This document shows positions 1 through 12,230 of a stretch of 64,000 nt of DNA, one piece after another. The notes under the pieces are model-generated. The model saw only the letters and a program-made list of their open reading frames with translations, was not told the DNA's origin and made no database searches. The stretch's first letter is position 1. Every line of letters begins with the position of its first letter. Made by a program: the position numbers and the translations under genes. This stretch comes from Obrimoposthia wandeli (Eukaryota), in NCBI GenBank assembly GCA_977020255.1, contig CDROCS010000817.1:434001-498000 (forward strand). Direction: 5' to 3'.

Positions 1-1260
1 AATCAAGCAAAGGTATTAAAGATAGAAGATGAAGAACGTCAAGTTAAGACATTAGGAATTCAGTGGGATTCTCAAGAAGATTATTTCACTTTTAAAACCA
101 AAGTGAATTATGGGATCAATATTAGTAAGTAAGAATTCATAAGTATCTTGTCAACAGTATTTGACCCTTCGGGGTTCGTGAGTCCATTTATTGTGAAAGC
201 GAAGATATTAATGCAAAGAGTATGGTTAAATAGATTAGGTTGAAATGAAAAAATAGAAGGAGATTTAAAGAAAGATATAATGATGTGGCTTTCACAGTGC
301 AAAGAACTATGGGATAAATGGGATAAATAAATGGGACAAATTCCGTGATGGGTCGAAATAAAACCGGATAAAGAGAGAAAGAGAGAGATTCAAGTCTTCG
401 TAGATGCTTCATCAGAAGCTTTTTGATCCGTTGTATATCTAAGGATAAGGAAAAAAGGGAAAGTAAAAGTTATGTTAATAACAGCGAAATCGAAAGTAGC
501 ACCGTTGAAAACAGTGAATATTCTGAGATTGGAATTGATGACCGCATGTGAATGGATTAAACTGGCAAAGGTTATAGCGAGATCGTGGAATGAGAAGATG
601 ATTAGAAGATGATATTCTGGACAGATAGTGAAGATGTGTGAAACAACGGATATAAATCAATAGAGCCATGTACCGACAAAAGAAAACCCATCAGATATTT
701 TATCGCGAGGAGTAAGTGTGAATGAATGTGTTTCTATCAGGAAGTGGTGGAAAGGACCAGAATATTTAAAGAAAACAAAAGAAATGTGGCTGAGAAATAG
801 TAAATTCGAGAAATTTGAGGATACGGAGAAGAAAGTATGTACCTTATTGACATACAAGATGAAATCTGTACATGAAGAAATACTAGAAGTTAAATATATT
901 CTAGTTTGACAAGAATAAAAAGAATAAGAGCTTGGATAGATCGATTTATAGATAATTGTAGAAAGAAAAAAGAAGTGCGGATAAAAGGAAAATTAAAACA
1001 TAAAGAAATGAAAGTATGAGTAAGCTGATCAAAGAAGATCAAAGGAAATATTTTCAGATAGAAAGGAAAAGTTTAATGAAGACTGAGGAAGTCTTGAAAA
1101 ATAACAAAATTTTAAAGTTAAGCCCATATATAGATGAAGGAGGGATTTTAAGAACAAACTCCAGATTAATTCATGCTGAATTCCTAAACTATGAAAACAA
1201 TTTCTCAGTGATATTGTCAGATGAAGGATGGCTAGCAAGGTTAGTAGTGAGTATGTCCAC
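1..1260 (+). pseudogene. BEL/Pao LTR retrotransposon pol relic (RT end, RNase H, pre-integrase region)
   Basis: Frameshifted translation gives KTLGIQWD, LSTVFDPSGFVSPFIVKAKILMQ, FVDASSEA, AKSKVAPLKTVNILRLEL, PTKENPSDILSRG, WWKGPEYL and KLSPYIDEGGILRTNSRL, all characteristic BEL/Pao pol motifs; internal stops; runs off window start. Confidence 0.88.
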
Positions 1261-1269
1261 AAAATATTC

Positions 1270-1545
1270 CCATGATATAACAATAATCATTAGGCAAGGT
1301 TACTTTTTCATGATTGTAGGTATTTATAAATTTGTGTCATATTCTGAGAAGACAGTCTAATTTTCCAATTATATATATTGGTTGTTCAATTGCTGATGTG
1401 ACTTGAGTATTTTCCTTAAAGAGAAGTATTTTTATGTAATTTTAAAAAAGGATTCGTCTAGAATTGTTACGCTTGACCCAGTGTCAATTAAAGGTTTAAG
1501 TTTGTACTCATTAATTTCTACTTTTACATATGTTCATCTATCATT
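1270..1545 (-). pseudogene. Degraded retroviral-type aspartic protease (retropepsin)
   Basis: Minus strand reads YVKVEINEYKLKPLIDTGSSVTILDESFF (DTG at 1477-1485), then after a frameshift TQVTSAIEQPIYIIGKLDCLLRI and a distal YCYIMG segment; stops present. Confidence 0.72.
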
Positions 1546-1699
1546 ATTTTTATCATTTATTGTACATATCTTGGTGCACTTGAGTTTGGAATTATTGTTT
1601 TATTTTTGTATGTTTCTAAATCAGGATATTATGAAGATTCTGTTTTTTTTAAATTTTGACGTCTGTTATTCTTTTAAATTTGTTTCTCACATTTCGTTT

Positions 1700-2745
1700 G
1701 ATAATAGATTTATTGTATTTTGATGATGATTAAAAATAAGATATTTTACTAAAAAAAAGAAACATCCTAAGATTAATTTCCATGTTAATCCACCAACTTT
1801 TTAAAATATAATTGTAGATAAAATTTCATTTAACAAAATTTTAAGCATATATCCCGACTAATCCAGAAAATTCTTAATCAAAAATTTTAAAAATTCCCCA
1901 TATATTTGAAATTTTTTTGAGTAGCTGTTATAAAATAATTGAGACAAATAACTCCATCTGGTACGGATATTTTTATGACTTGGGTTAAAATTCTGTATCT
2001 TATTGTGGAAATAAAATTTATTTCTTAATTTGTATATGTCTTCTTGTTTATAAATTCATTTTGTAAAAAACAAAAGCTCATTATCTGGTTGTATGTCAAT
2101 ATTTTTATTGAAACCGGTTAATTATAATTTTAGTGGTTTGGCAACTATGTCTCTTCTTGGAAGCTAGATCCAAAAATATTCTGAGATTTGGTAATGGGAT
2201 GTCATTATGTTTGAACAATTTGTTTATTTTATGTTAAATGAGTTAAAGAGTATAATTCTAATGATTGACTCAACGAATAATGATTCTTGTAAGAAATTGG
2301 TAATTCTTTAATACATTTTTTGTGATGTGTTAAATATCACTTTTTGACATTGAGAAGTGTATTACACTTCTCCCATTACTTTTCCAAAAGTACCATCAGC
2401 TAAGGGTAACATTGGTGTTATTAATTCCGAATAAGTAACGATAATTGTCTATTTTGTTGCTAAAATCTCATGATTTAATTTACAATCATTCATTATTCTT
2501 TTTCGGTATATTCCTTATATGTCCTTTGTGATAAAATAATAATCTATTTTTTTGTCAAATTTAATTGATGTAGATTTTTCATTATGTATTTTTTGTTACT
2601 TAAATATATTCATTTATAAATTGTTGTGTACATAGAGTGTCCACGACGGGATTCCTCTTTCTTTTTTATTAATCTCATTCCTGAACCAGTAGACATTAGT
2701 AGACATTAAAATAGTTGTAGTTAATTTTTTTAATTTTTCCAGTAC
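1700..2745 (-). pseudogene. Degraded C-terminal half of a class III viral fusion glycoprotein, homologous to the glycoprotein of the LTR element at 28.8-39.4 kb
   Basis: Reads KIDYYF..NDCKLNHEI..PMLPLADGTFGKVMGEV (2365-2415)..CSNIMTSHYQISEYFWI (2168-2217), versus KIDFYY..RDCQLNKEI..PLLPLDEGVFAKTMGEV..CSNIMAPEYQMTNNLWI in ORF 30877-33834. Continues into WGIFK..FSGLVGIY and GGLTWKLILGCFFFLVKYLIF, resembling a membrane-proximal/TM region. Confidence 0.8.
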
Positions 2746-2772
2746 AATATCATCACCATTTTCAATCATAAA

Positions 2773-3116
2773 ATGTCTATCATTGATTTATATAGTGGAT
2801 CACAAACTGATGATGACTTGCCTTATTTCAAGGGAAAAAGTATGATTCAGGATGATTGAGAACACTGGACCGTATAACTTTCCCAATTCTAAAAAGATTG
2901 GGACGTATAGGTGTAAATACAGCTTCTGATATTATAATGAATAAGAAATCTATAATACCTGCATTGAAACAACATGGTATTAATGAAGGTCCCGGGCTTC
3001 TACCTGCAACAACAAAATCACTCAATGGGTTAGTAACTGTAATTATAAAGAAACGTAGATCTAAGAGACCATCACGGGAGGCAAGTAAGCAAAAATGCAG
3101 TGGTAGTATAAAGTAA
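2773..3116 (+). pseudogene. Polinton/Maverick small basic core-like (pVII-type) gene, frameshifted
   Basis: MSIIDLYSGSQTDDDLPYFKGK / LRTLDRITFPILKRLGRIGVNTASDII..KKRRSKR resembles the basic gene found just upstream of Polinton major capsid genes; position next to the MCP agrees. Confidence 0.55.
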
Positions 3117-3148
3117 AGACGGAAAAGAGGTACAATATTTGAGTAAAA

Positions 3149-4163
3149 ATGACAACTGCATACAGTAAATCCAAATTATGTTTGTTTGATAGACCAGCAA
3201 CTCAAATTGTAATTGAGATAGATATTTTGAAGATATTTATCCCATAAATACAATTAACGAAAAAAATCTATCTGCAATTGAATTTAAAATTCCAGGTTAT
3301 CAGATCTTGATTTGAATGATACATTTTTACATGTAAAAATTTAAGTCGTTAAAAAGAATGATGCACCATTAAATGAAGCTGATAATATTACACCAACTAA
3401 TTTCATGTTTCAGACACTGTTTAGAAACTTGGGAGTTTCATTGAATTCTGAGAAAATAGAAGGTGGTAATGATATGTATACTGTAAAATCAATGATAAAA
3501 ACCATTCTTAATTATGGGACCGATACTAAAGAGACATTCCTTTCATGCATTTGATATGACTCGGATGCAGATGAACATAAAAAGTAGATTTCTCGTTCTA
3601 CTAAGTTTGAAATGTGTGGTTCAATTTGTGCAGATTTCGTTGACCAAACCTAAATATATTTTGTCTGATATTGATGTGAGATTGAAATTTGTAATTAATA
3701 ATCTTCAAGTAAGCCTTACATCTGAAAATATAGAAGCTAGGATTCAATTTATAGATGCAAAATTAAAGGTTAGACGTATACGTGTTGAACAATCTGTGCT
3801 TATGGCACATAATATTGGTTTAGAAACTCAAAATGTGATTTATTCATATAAAGTAGACAAAGCACATACATATGTTAAAGGCTCAATGGCTTTTTATAAA
3901 GACAATATATTTGGTGATGAAGTACTACCTAAATTTGTACTTTTTGATTTTCAAACTAGCTCAAAATTATATGGTACTCAAAAATCTGATTCTTCAATAT
4001 TCAATCATTTTGATATTAATACAATGACATACTCTAGAAATACGGATTTCTATGAAACATATAAAGTAGATTTCGAAAATAATTGTTTTACTTTGGCTTA
4101 TGTATAATCCATCATTAGAAACATGGGATATTTATATAAGTACATAAACAATGGTATAACACC
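3149..4163 (+). pseudogene. Polinton/Maverick major capsid protein, 5' part (interrupted by solo LTR)
   Basis: MTTAYSKSKLCLFDRPATQIVIE..DLNDTFLHVK..TPTNFMFQTLFRNLGVSLN..ILNYGTDTKE..SDIDVRLKF..AKLKVRRIRVEQSVLMAHNIGL..DNIFGDEVLPKF..FNHFDIN matches the MCP pattern; several frameshifts and stops. Confidence 0.85.
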
Positions 4164-4601
4164 TGTTAGGATTGGGTTTTGTTAAAATTAAATAATTAAG
4201 TCGAATTTATACTAAAATAAAAATCCTTGAAAACAAGGTTAAAATTAAATAAAATTGAAAATTAGAAGTAAAATATTAAAGTAAAAGGAAAATTGAATAT
4301 TAGAGGACCACGAAGGTCGTGTGTGATGTGTAGGTATATATTGAAGTTTATATCTAACAAAAGGGCCCAAAAAAGATATAGCTCTGAAGATAAGTCATTA
4401 CAAGAAAGAAGATTAATTAGAAAAAGGAAATTTAAAAGAAGAAGTACAAACCGAAATCCAGTCGACGTCAGCAGTCACGTCCCGACAGCTGTTCCTGAAG
4501 TGAGAAAATTAATTAATTTAGTTGAAATAAATACTTTCCGCAGCGAACCAGAAGATTGATTGACAGACCACGTCACCGGGGAAATCAACAGAGCAGTAGA
4601 C

Positions 4602-4609
4602 TATATAAG
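4602..4609 (+). promoter_or_regulatory. Candidate LTR TATA box (TATATAAG)
   Basis: Same octamer lies about 400-450 bp from the LTR start in four LTR variants (4602, 30255/39033 minus, 39915, 57827); position conserved, activity not shown. Confidence 0.55.
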
Positions 4610-4974
4610 TCTACGGAAATCAGCCTATCAAGAGAGCCCAACTCAAGCGATCTACAAGAGAATTCTCGGCAGAAACAATCTTATTCCTGATCTACGGAAA
4701 CGAGCCCAACTCAAGCGATCTACAAGAGAATTCTCGGCAGAAACAATATCATTCCTGATCGAAACCGAACGCCAAGCAGAGGTAAGAAAACAGTTAGAAA
4801 AGAACATCGTTAACACAAACATACAGAAAAGAAACGAGACACGCCAACTGTCAAGGGCGTAAACCACGAATCGGCGGACAGGAAGTCACTGTTCCGAAGA
4901 GACAAGGAGCGCCGGAACTAGGATCCGATCGAGACGGAAATTATCTACAGATTTGGAAGGTGAGCCAGAAGAAT

Positions 4975-6305
4975 TGTAATCGTAAGAAAATTTGACATAA
5001 AGTAATCTTTGTAATCGTAAAAGAATTTGAAATAAAGGAATTTTGTAATCGTAAGAAAATCTGAAATATAGTAAGCTGTGTCGTGAAGACAAATTGAAAT
5101 TTTGTAATCATAAGAGAATTGAAATAAAGTAATCTTTGTAATTGTAAAAGAATTTGAAATAAAGGAATTTTGTAATCGTAAGAAAATCTGAAATATAGTA
5201 AGCTGTGTCGTGAAGACAAATTGAAATTTTGTAATCATAAGAGAATTGAAATAAAGTAATCTTTTTAATCATAAGAGAATTTGAAATAAAGGAATTTTGT
5301 AATTGTAAGAAAATTTGAAATATAGTAATTTGTTGTCGTGAAGACAAATTGAAGTTTTGTAATAGTAATTTGTTGTCGTGAAGACAAATTTAAGTTTTGT
5401 AATAGTAATTGTTGTCGTGAAGACAAATTTAAGTTTGTAATAGTAATTTGTTGTCGTGAAGACAAATTGAAGTTTTGTAATAGTAATTGTTGTCGTGAAG
5501 ACAAATTGAAGTTTTGTAATAGTAATTTGTTGACGTGAAGACAAATTGAAGTTTTGTAATAGTAATTTGTTGTCGTGAAGACAAATTTAAGTTTTGTAAT
5601 AGTAATTGTTGTCGTGAAGACAAATTTAAGTTTGTAATAGTAATTTGTTGTCGTGAAGACAAATTGAAGTTTTGTAATAGTAATTGTTGTCGTGAAGACA
5701 AATTGAAGTTTTGTAATAGTAATTGTTGTCGTGAAGACAAATTGAAGTTTTGTAATAGTAATTGTTGTCGTGAACACAAATTGAAATTTTGTAATAGTAA
5801 TTGTTGTCGTGAAGACAAATTGAAGTTTTGTAATAGTAATTTGTTGTCGTGAAGACAAATTGAAGTTTTGTAATAGTAATTTGTTGTCGTGAAGACAAAT
5901 TTAAGTTTTGTAATAGTAATTGTTGTCGTGAAGACAAATTTAAGTTTGTAATAGTAATTTGTTGTCGTGAAGACAAATTGAAGTTTTGTAATAGTAATTG
6001 TTGTCGTGAAGACAAATTTAAGTTTGTAATAGTAATTTGTTGTCGTGAAGACAAATTGAAGTTTTGTAATAGTAATTGTTGTCGTGAAGACAAATTAAAG
6101 TTTTGTAATAGTAATTGTTGTCGTGAAGACAAATTGAAGTTTTGTAATAGTAATTGTTGTGAAGACAAATTGAAATTTTGTAATAGTAATTGTTGTCGTG
6201 AAGACAAATTGAAGTTTTATAATAGTAATTTGTTGTTGCGAAGACAAATTGGAATTTTGTAATCGTAAGAAAATTTGAAATAAGGTAATCTGTTGTCGTG
6301 AAGAC
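4975..6305. repeat. Minisatellite array inside LTR-C (39-40-bp unit, about 24 copies, plus longer degenerate units)
   Basis: Repeated TGTTGTCGTGAAGACAAATTGAAGTTTTGTAATAGTAATT; accounts for the repetitive ORFs in the track. Confidence 0.95.
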
Positions 6306-6756
6306 ATTTTGGAAACAAACCCTTCAGACTTTTTAGGCTACTTAAATTTTAGAGCAACGGCTCTCTAAAATCAATCCCTATTTTTAGAGTAAAGACTCTA
6401 GTGACTAAAACAAACATAACCGTAAAATCGATACGTGGTTCATCCCCACTTGTGCAGAGACTTACGAAAGTCTTAGGAATTTTACTACAACTTTTTAGAA
6501 AATACGTACGTAAACGTATTGTTCATTTGCCTAGTGTGTTAACAATAAACGATTTCCTACATTAGAAAACGTTGTTTTAAACCCTTCAGTTTAAGAGACG
6601 TCAAACAAACACCTTCAGATAAGCAATTGAGATAGGCAACCATAACACTAAGTAGGCCACGACCAACTTTAAGACCTGCTTCTATTCGAACTCACGTTGG
6701 GGCCCTCCGCACACAAGAGGATCTATACAAGTCTCGTATAGAAACCCCAACACACC

Positions 6757-6950
6757 TAATGATTTCAAAACCAAATATACATTTTTTTCACTTTCGTAAT
6801 GGCCCCTAATTTCAATGTATATCAACAACAATTACCTAGAATGGGTAATTTGAAATTTGATGTAAAGTTTGCTAAAGGTTTGCCTCAACCCGGGGGGCTT
6901 TGACGCTTTTATTTAGTACCGACACTATATACTACTATAATTTATTAACT
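6757..6950 (+). pseudogene. Polinton major capsid protein, 3' part
   Basis: NDFKTKYTFF..MGNLKFDVKFAKGLPQP resembles the MCP C-terminal GNLRLE-KFAKALP motif. Confidence 0.75.
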
Positions 6951-7221
6951 TCCTAAAGTTACTTTGGATTCAAGATATATTTCTTCGAGAAGTCGTTCAG
7001 ATAAATCATTTCTCGATGGAATATGTGAGTAGGTAGAAGGATGGAGTCTAAGCCACTTGACCCCCCCTCCCGCCTCCCCCTAAAGGGTGTCACACCATAA
7101 GGGTGTCTTGCCACACCATAAGGGTATATGTTGCCTCACCTCCGGTGAGGCAACATATACTCTTATGGTGTGACACCCTTTAGGGGGAGGCGGGAGGGGA
7201 GGGGAGGGGAAGTGGTACTTA

Positions 7222-7630
7222 AAGGGTCAAGTGGCTTAGTCTCCACCCTTCTTTTTGAGATATACCACTATGAAAGGGTCAAGTGGCTTAGTCTCCACCC
7301 TTCTTTTTGTGATATACCACTATGAAAGGGTCAAGTGGCTTAGTCTCCACCCTTCTTTTTGTGATATACCACTATGAAAGGGTCAAGTGGCTTAGTCTCC
7401 ACCCTTCTTTTTGTGATATACCACTATGAAAGGATCAAGTGGCTTAGTCTCCACCCTTCTTTTTGTGATCTAGTCTCCACCCTTCTTTTTGTGATATACC
7501 ACTATGAAAGGATCAAGTGGCTTAGTCTCCACCCTTCTTTTTGTGGTCTAGTCTCCACCCTTCTTTTTGGCTAACTACTAATTCAAAGGATCAAGTGGCT
7601 TAGTCTCCACCCTTCTTTTTTGTGACTAGT
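7222..7630. repeat. Subterminal 53-bp tandem repeat (mirrored at ~14420-14730)
   Basis: GAAAGGGTCAAGTGGCTTAGTCTCCACCCTTCTTTTTGTGATATACCACTAT recurs at 53-bp spacing, with truncated variants. Confidence 0.9.
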
Positions 7631-8159
7631 CCATAATGAAAATTTAGGATAAAGTTCACTCTTATCAGTTAAGAAATGTGGTTTTTAACACACACATACA
7701 CTATTTTATGTGAAATTTAAACTAAAGTTCACTCTTATCAGTTAATGAATGTATTACGTAATCACACACATACTATTTTATGTGAAATTTAGATCAAAGT
7801 TTTTCCTAGGCTTACACATTTATAGAATTATGATAAAATTTCTTTAAATAACTTCAATTATATATTAAAATAAAAAATAAAATAAGAAAGAAGTCAGAGA
7901 ATAATACAAAATTAAACACATTTATTATGTAATTTCATAATATCATCTTCAAACTTAAGTGAATAACATTTACAAAGTAAGAAAGTCCATTCTTTATACA
8001 TTCTTTTCGTTTCAACGACTAAGTTACAACGAAATTAATAGAAAATTAGTAAAAATATTAATTTATTTGAATATTTGAATGAGAGTTTGAATAAATGAGA
8101 GGTAGAATGAATGTAAATGAATAAAATTATGCATGCAAGTATGAATGTCATTTACAAGT

Positions 8160-10030
8160 AAGAGTCTTAGCAAGTGAATGTAATTTTAAAATAAGAGTGT
8201 CGATAGTTTGATTGAATGCAAGTGTAATTTAGACTATAAGTAAATTAAAATAGAGTTTTCGTTGAATAAATTATAGTTAGATTCAATGCAAGTATGAATG
8301 CAAGTGAATGATAGTATGAATTTCAATACAAGTAAGTGTCTTAGCAAGTGAATGTAATTTTAAAAATAAGAGTGTCGATAGTTTGATTGAATGCAAGTGT
8401 AATTTAGACTATAAGTAAATTAAAATAGAGTTTACGTTGAATAAATTATAGTTAGACTGAATGCAAGTATGAATGCAAGTGAATGATAGTTTGAATTTCA
8501 ATACAAGTAAGTGTCTTAGCAAGTGAATGTAATTTTAAAAATAAGAGTGTCGATAGTTTGATTGAATGCAAGTGTAATTTAGACTATAAGTAAATTAAAA
8601 TAGAGTTTTCGTTGAATAAATTATAGTTAGATTGAATGCAAGTATGAATGCAAGTGATTGATAGTATGAATGTCAATACAAGTAAGTGTCTTAGCAAGTG
8701 AATGTAATTTAAAAATAAGAGTGTCGATAGTTAGATTGAATGCAAGTGTAATTTAGACTATAAGTAAATTAAAATAGAATTTTCGTTGAATAAATTATAG
8801 TTAGATTGAATGCGAGTATGAATGCAAGTGATTGTTAGTATGAATGTCAATACAAGTAAGTGTCTTAGCAAGAGAATGTAGTTTTAAAAATAAGAGTGTC
8901 GATAGTTTGATTGAATGCAAGTGTAATTTAGACTATAAGTAAATTAAAATAGAGTTTTCGTTGAATAAATTATAGTTAGATTGAATGCAAGTATGAATGC
9001 AAGTGAATGATAGTATGAATTTCAATACAAGTAAGTGTCTTAGCAAGTGAATGTAATTTTAAAAATAAGAGTGTCGATAGTTTGATTGAATGCAAGTGTA
9101 ATTTAGACTATAAGTAAATTAAAATAGAGTTTTCGTTGAATAAATTATAGTTAGATTGAATGCAAGTATGAATGCAAGTGAATGATAGTTTGAATTTTCA
9201 ATACAATTAAGTGTCTTAGCAAGTGAATGTAATTTAAAAATAAGAGTGTCGATAGTTAGATTGAATGCAAGTGTAATTTAGACTATAAGTAAATTAAAAT
9301 AGAATTTTCGTTGAATAAATTATAGTTAGATTGAATGCAAGTATGAATGCAAGTGAATGATAGTATGAATTTCAATACAAGTATGTGTCTTAGCAAGTGA
9401 ATGTAGTTTTAAAAATAAGAGTGTCGATAGTTTGATTGAATGCAAGTGTAATTTAGACTATAAGTAAATTAAAATAGAGTTTTCGTTGAATAAATTATAG
9501 TTAGATTGAATGCAAGTATGAATGCAAGTGATTGATAGTATGAATGTCAATACAAGTAAGTGTCTTAGCAAGAGAATGTAATTTAAAAATAAGAGTGTCG
9601 ATAGTTAGATTGAATGCAAGTGTAATTTAGACTATAAGTAAATTAAAATAGAATTTTCGTTGAATAAATTATAGTTAGATTGAATGCGAGTATGAATGCA
9701 TGTGATTGATAGTATGAATTTCAATACAAGTAAGTGTCTTAGCAAGTGAATGTAATTTAAAAATAAGAGTGTCGATAGTTTGATTGAATGCAAGTGTAAT
9801 TTAGACTATAAGTAAATTAAAATAGAGTTTTCGTTGAATAAATTATAGTTAGATTGAATGCAAGTATGAATGCAAGTGAATGATAGTATGAATTTCAATA
9901 CAAGTAAGTGTCTTAGCAAGTGAATGTAGTTTTAAAAATAAGAGTGTCGATAGTTTGATTGAATGCAAGTGTAATTTAGACTATAAGTAAATTAAAATAG
10001 AGTTTTCGTTGAATAAATTATAGTTAGATT
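8160..10030. repeat. 175-bp satellite-like tandem array, about 11 units (left arm)
   Basis: TAAATTAAAATAGAG recurs at 8241, 8416, 8591, 8765, 8940 and onward at 174-175-bp spacing. Confidence 0.93.
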
Positions 10031-11229
10031 GAATGTAAATGAATACAAGTATACATTCAAGTGAATGCAAATACGAGTAAGAGTTTCAGCAAGTAAATAT
10101 AAAACTATGAATGAGTGACAGTGAAAATAAGAGTGTCGATAGTTTGATTGAATGAGAGTGTAATTTAGACTAGAAATAAATTAAAATAGAGATTTAGTAT
10201 GAATAAAGTTATGTTAAGTTACAGTTAGATTAATAACAAGTAAGCAACTATAAGTAAGCAGTGATATTGAAGTATGTTAAAAATTAGAACGACTAAGTTA
10301 TGGCAAGATTAATAGAAAACAACACCAAATTTGATAGTATGAATGAAAATTAGTAAAATATTAATGTATTTGAATGTATTTGAAAGATAGTTTGAATAAA
10401 TTACAGTTAGATTGAATGCAAATGAATGCAAGTATGATTGAATGCAGGGTCAAGTACAAGTAAGAAAGAATACGCAATATGCAAGTACGAATGCCAATTA
10501 TGAATGAAAATTAGTAAATATAATAATGAATTTGAATAATTAAAATGTCTTATCTCGTTTGATAAAATTCCTTAATTGAAATATTTTAAAATAATTAGTT
10601 TAATTTAAATTCTTTATTTTTAAATAACTTGATTATACAATTATATTCGTAAATATAATTAAAATTATCATTATTCGTTTCTCTTTTTTAACTATTCGAA
10701 ACTGTTTTTATATATATACAAATTTAGTAAATTAACTCAACAACAATTTTTTTTTATTAATTACTTGATATTTTTGCCATTGTCTTATTAATATAATATG
10801 AATATTCAATTTATTTCTTCAAAAATTCATTTTATATGTTAAATAATATTCTTTATCACATTATTGTGATTTTTATCAAGTGATTTTAACCTTAAACTAT
10901 AAAAATATTTTAATTATAAAGTTAGTAGCTGTACCCCGCCCCCTGCATATAACATAAATTTCAAATATAAAGTACTATTAAGTTTATTATTTCGACATTG
11001 TGGTAAGTAATTTTGGTATTAATTGTTTTTAAACTAGATTAACTTCGTATAACCTCATTTTTTTTATCTTAAACTAAAATATATTTTAATATCCTTTTAT
11101 TATATTAATTTATTTTGCTCAAGTATTTTTAAACATTTCAATGTTATATAATAGTTTAATAAAAGTTAATCATTGAATACAAGAACACAAATTCTAATAA
11201 CTTAAAACGTATTAAAGTGAATAAATGCA

Positions 11230-12230
11230 TAAATATATTATGTTTACAAGTAAATTTATAGTAAACGACAGTAAACTATGAATTACTTTTTATGTAATGA
11301 AATATTACAGTATTAACTTACAATATATTAAATTGAAAATATGCAAATTATATTATGTTTACAAGTCAATTTATTGATCAAATCATTAAAATTATGATTA
11401 ATAAGTAAATTTCTTGAAGTTTTGGTTGTAAATTATATTAAAGTAAAAACTTACAACATTTTAAACTGAATATATACAACAACAAATAAATATTGTAGTT
11501 TACAAGTAAATTACTTGAAGTTTTTGTTGTAAAATTATATTAAAGTAATAACTTACAACATATAAATTGAAAATATACCAAAATAAATTATGTTTACAAG
11601 TCTATTTATTGTACAAAACATTAAACTTATGTTTAATAAGTAAACTACTTGAAGTTTTTTGTTGAAAATTATAATAAAGTAATAACTTACAACATATTAA
11701 AGTGAATATATGCATAAATATATTATGTTTACAAGTCAATTTATTGTAAACGATAGTAAACTATCAATTACTTTTTTATATAATGTAATATTATAGTAAT
11801 AACTTACAATATATTAAATTGAAAATATGCAAATTATATTATGTTTACAAGTCAATTTATTGATCAAATCATTAATATTATGATTAATAAGTAAACTACT
11901 TAAAGTTTTTGTTGAAAATTATATTAAAGTAATAACTTACAACATTTTAAACTGAATATATACAACAACAAATAAATATTGTAGTTTACAAGTAAATTAC
12001 TTGAAGTTTTTGTTGTAAATTATATTAAAGTAATAACTTACAACATATTAAATTGAAAATATATCAAAATAAATTATGTTTACAAGTCAATTTATTGTAC
12101 AAAACATTAAACTTATGTTTAATAAGTAAACTACTTGAAGTTTTTGTTGAAAATTATATTAAAGTAATAACTTACAACATTTTAAACTAAATATATACAA
12201 CAACAAATAAATATTGTAGTTTACAAGTAA
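11230..12230. repeat. Degenerate ~120-bp tandem repeat in the central spacer, with ~486-bp higher-order repeat
   Basis: TATTATGTTTACAAGTCAATTTATTG-like and AACTTACAACAT motifs recur; a longer block repeats at ~11349 and ~11835. Confidence 0.75.

Larger units (their letters stand above)
4164..6752 (+). mobile_element. Solo LTR (LTR-C, 2589 bp) of the gag-fusogen element family
   Basis: Starts TGTTAGG, ends CCCCAACA, flanked by the 4-bp duplication CACC (4160-4163, 6753-6756). Both ends match LTRs 28794-30657 and 57374-59821. Removing it restores the MCP frame NGITP|NDFKTKYTFF. Confidence 0.92.

Noticed and set aside
1403-1723. 106-aa hydrophobic plus-strand ORF
   Set aside because: Antisense shadow of the minus-strand protease relic in AT-rich DNA.
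1700-2745. Glycoprotein relic as a Maverick-encoded fusogen (it abuts Polinton genes)
   Set aside because: It closely matches the LTR element glycoprotein, is followed by a retropepsin, and lacks its N-terminal half at the Polinton boundary. An LTR origin is more parsimonious, though not proven.
4886-6307. Cluster of repetitive ORFs (MSSRQQ.., CCREDKLKF..)
   Set aside because: Translations of the 39-40-bp LTR minisatellite in several frames; no coding signal.
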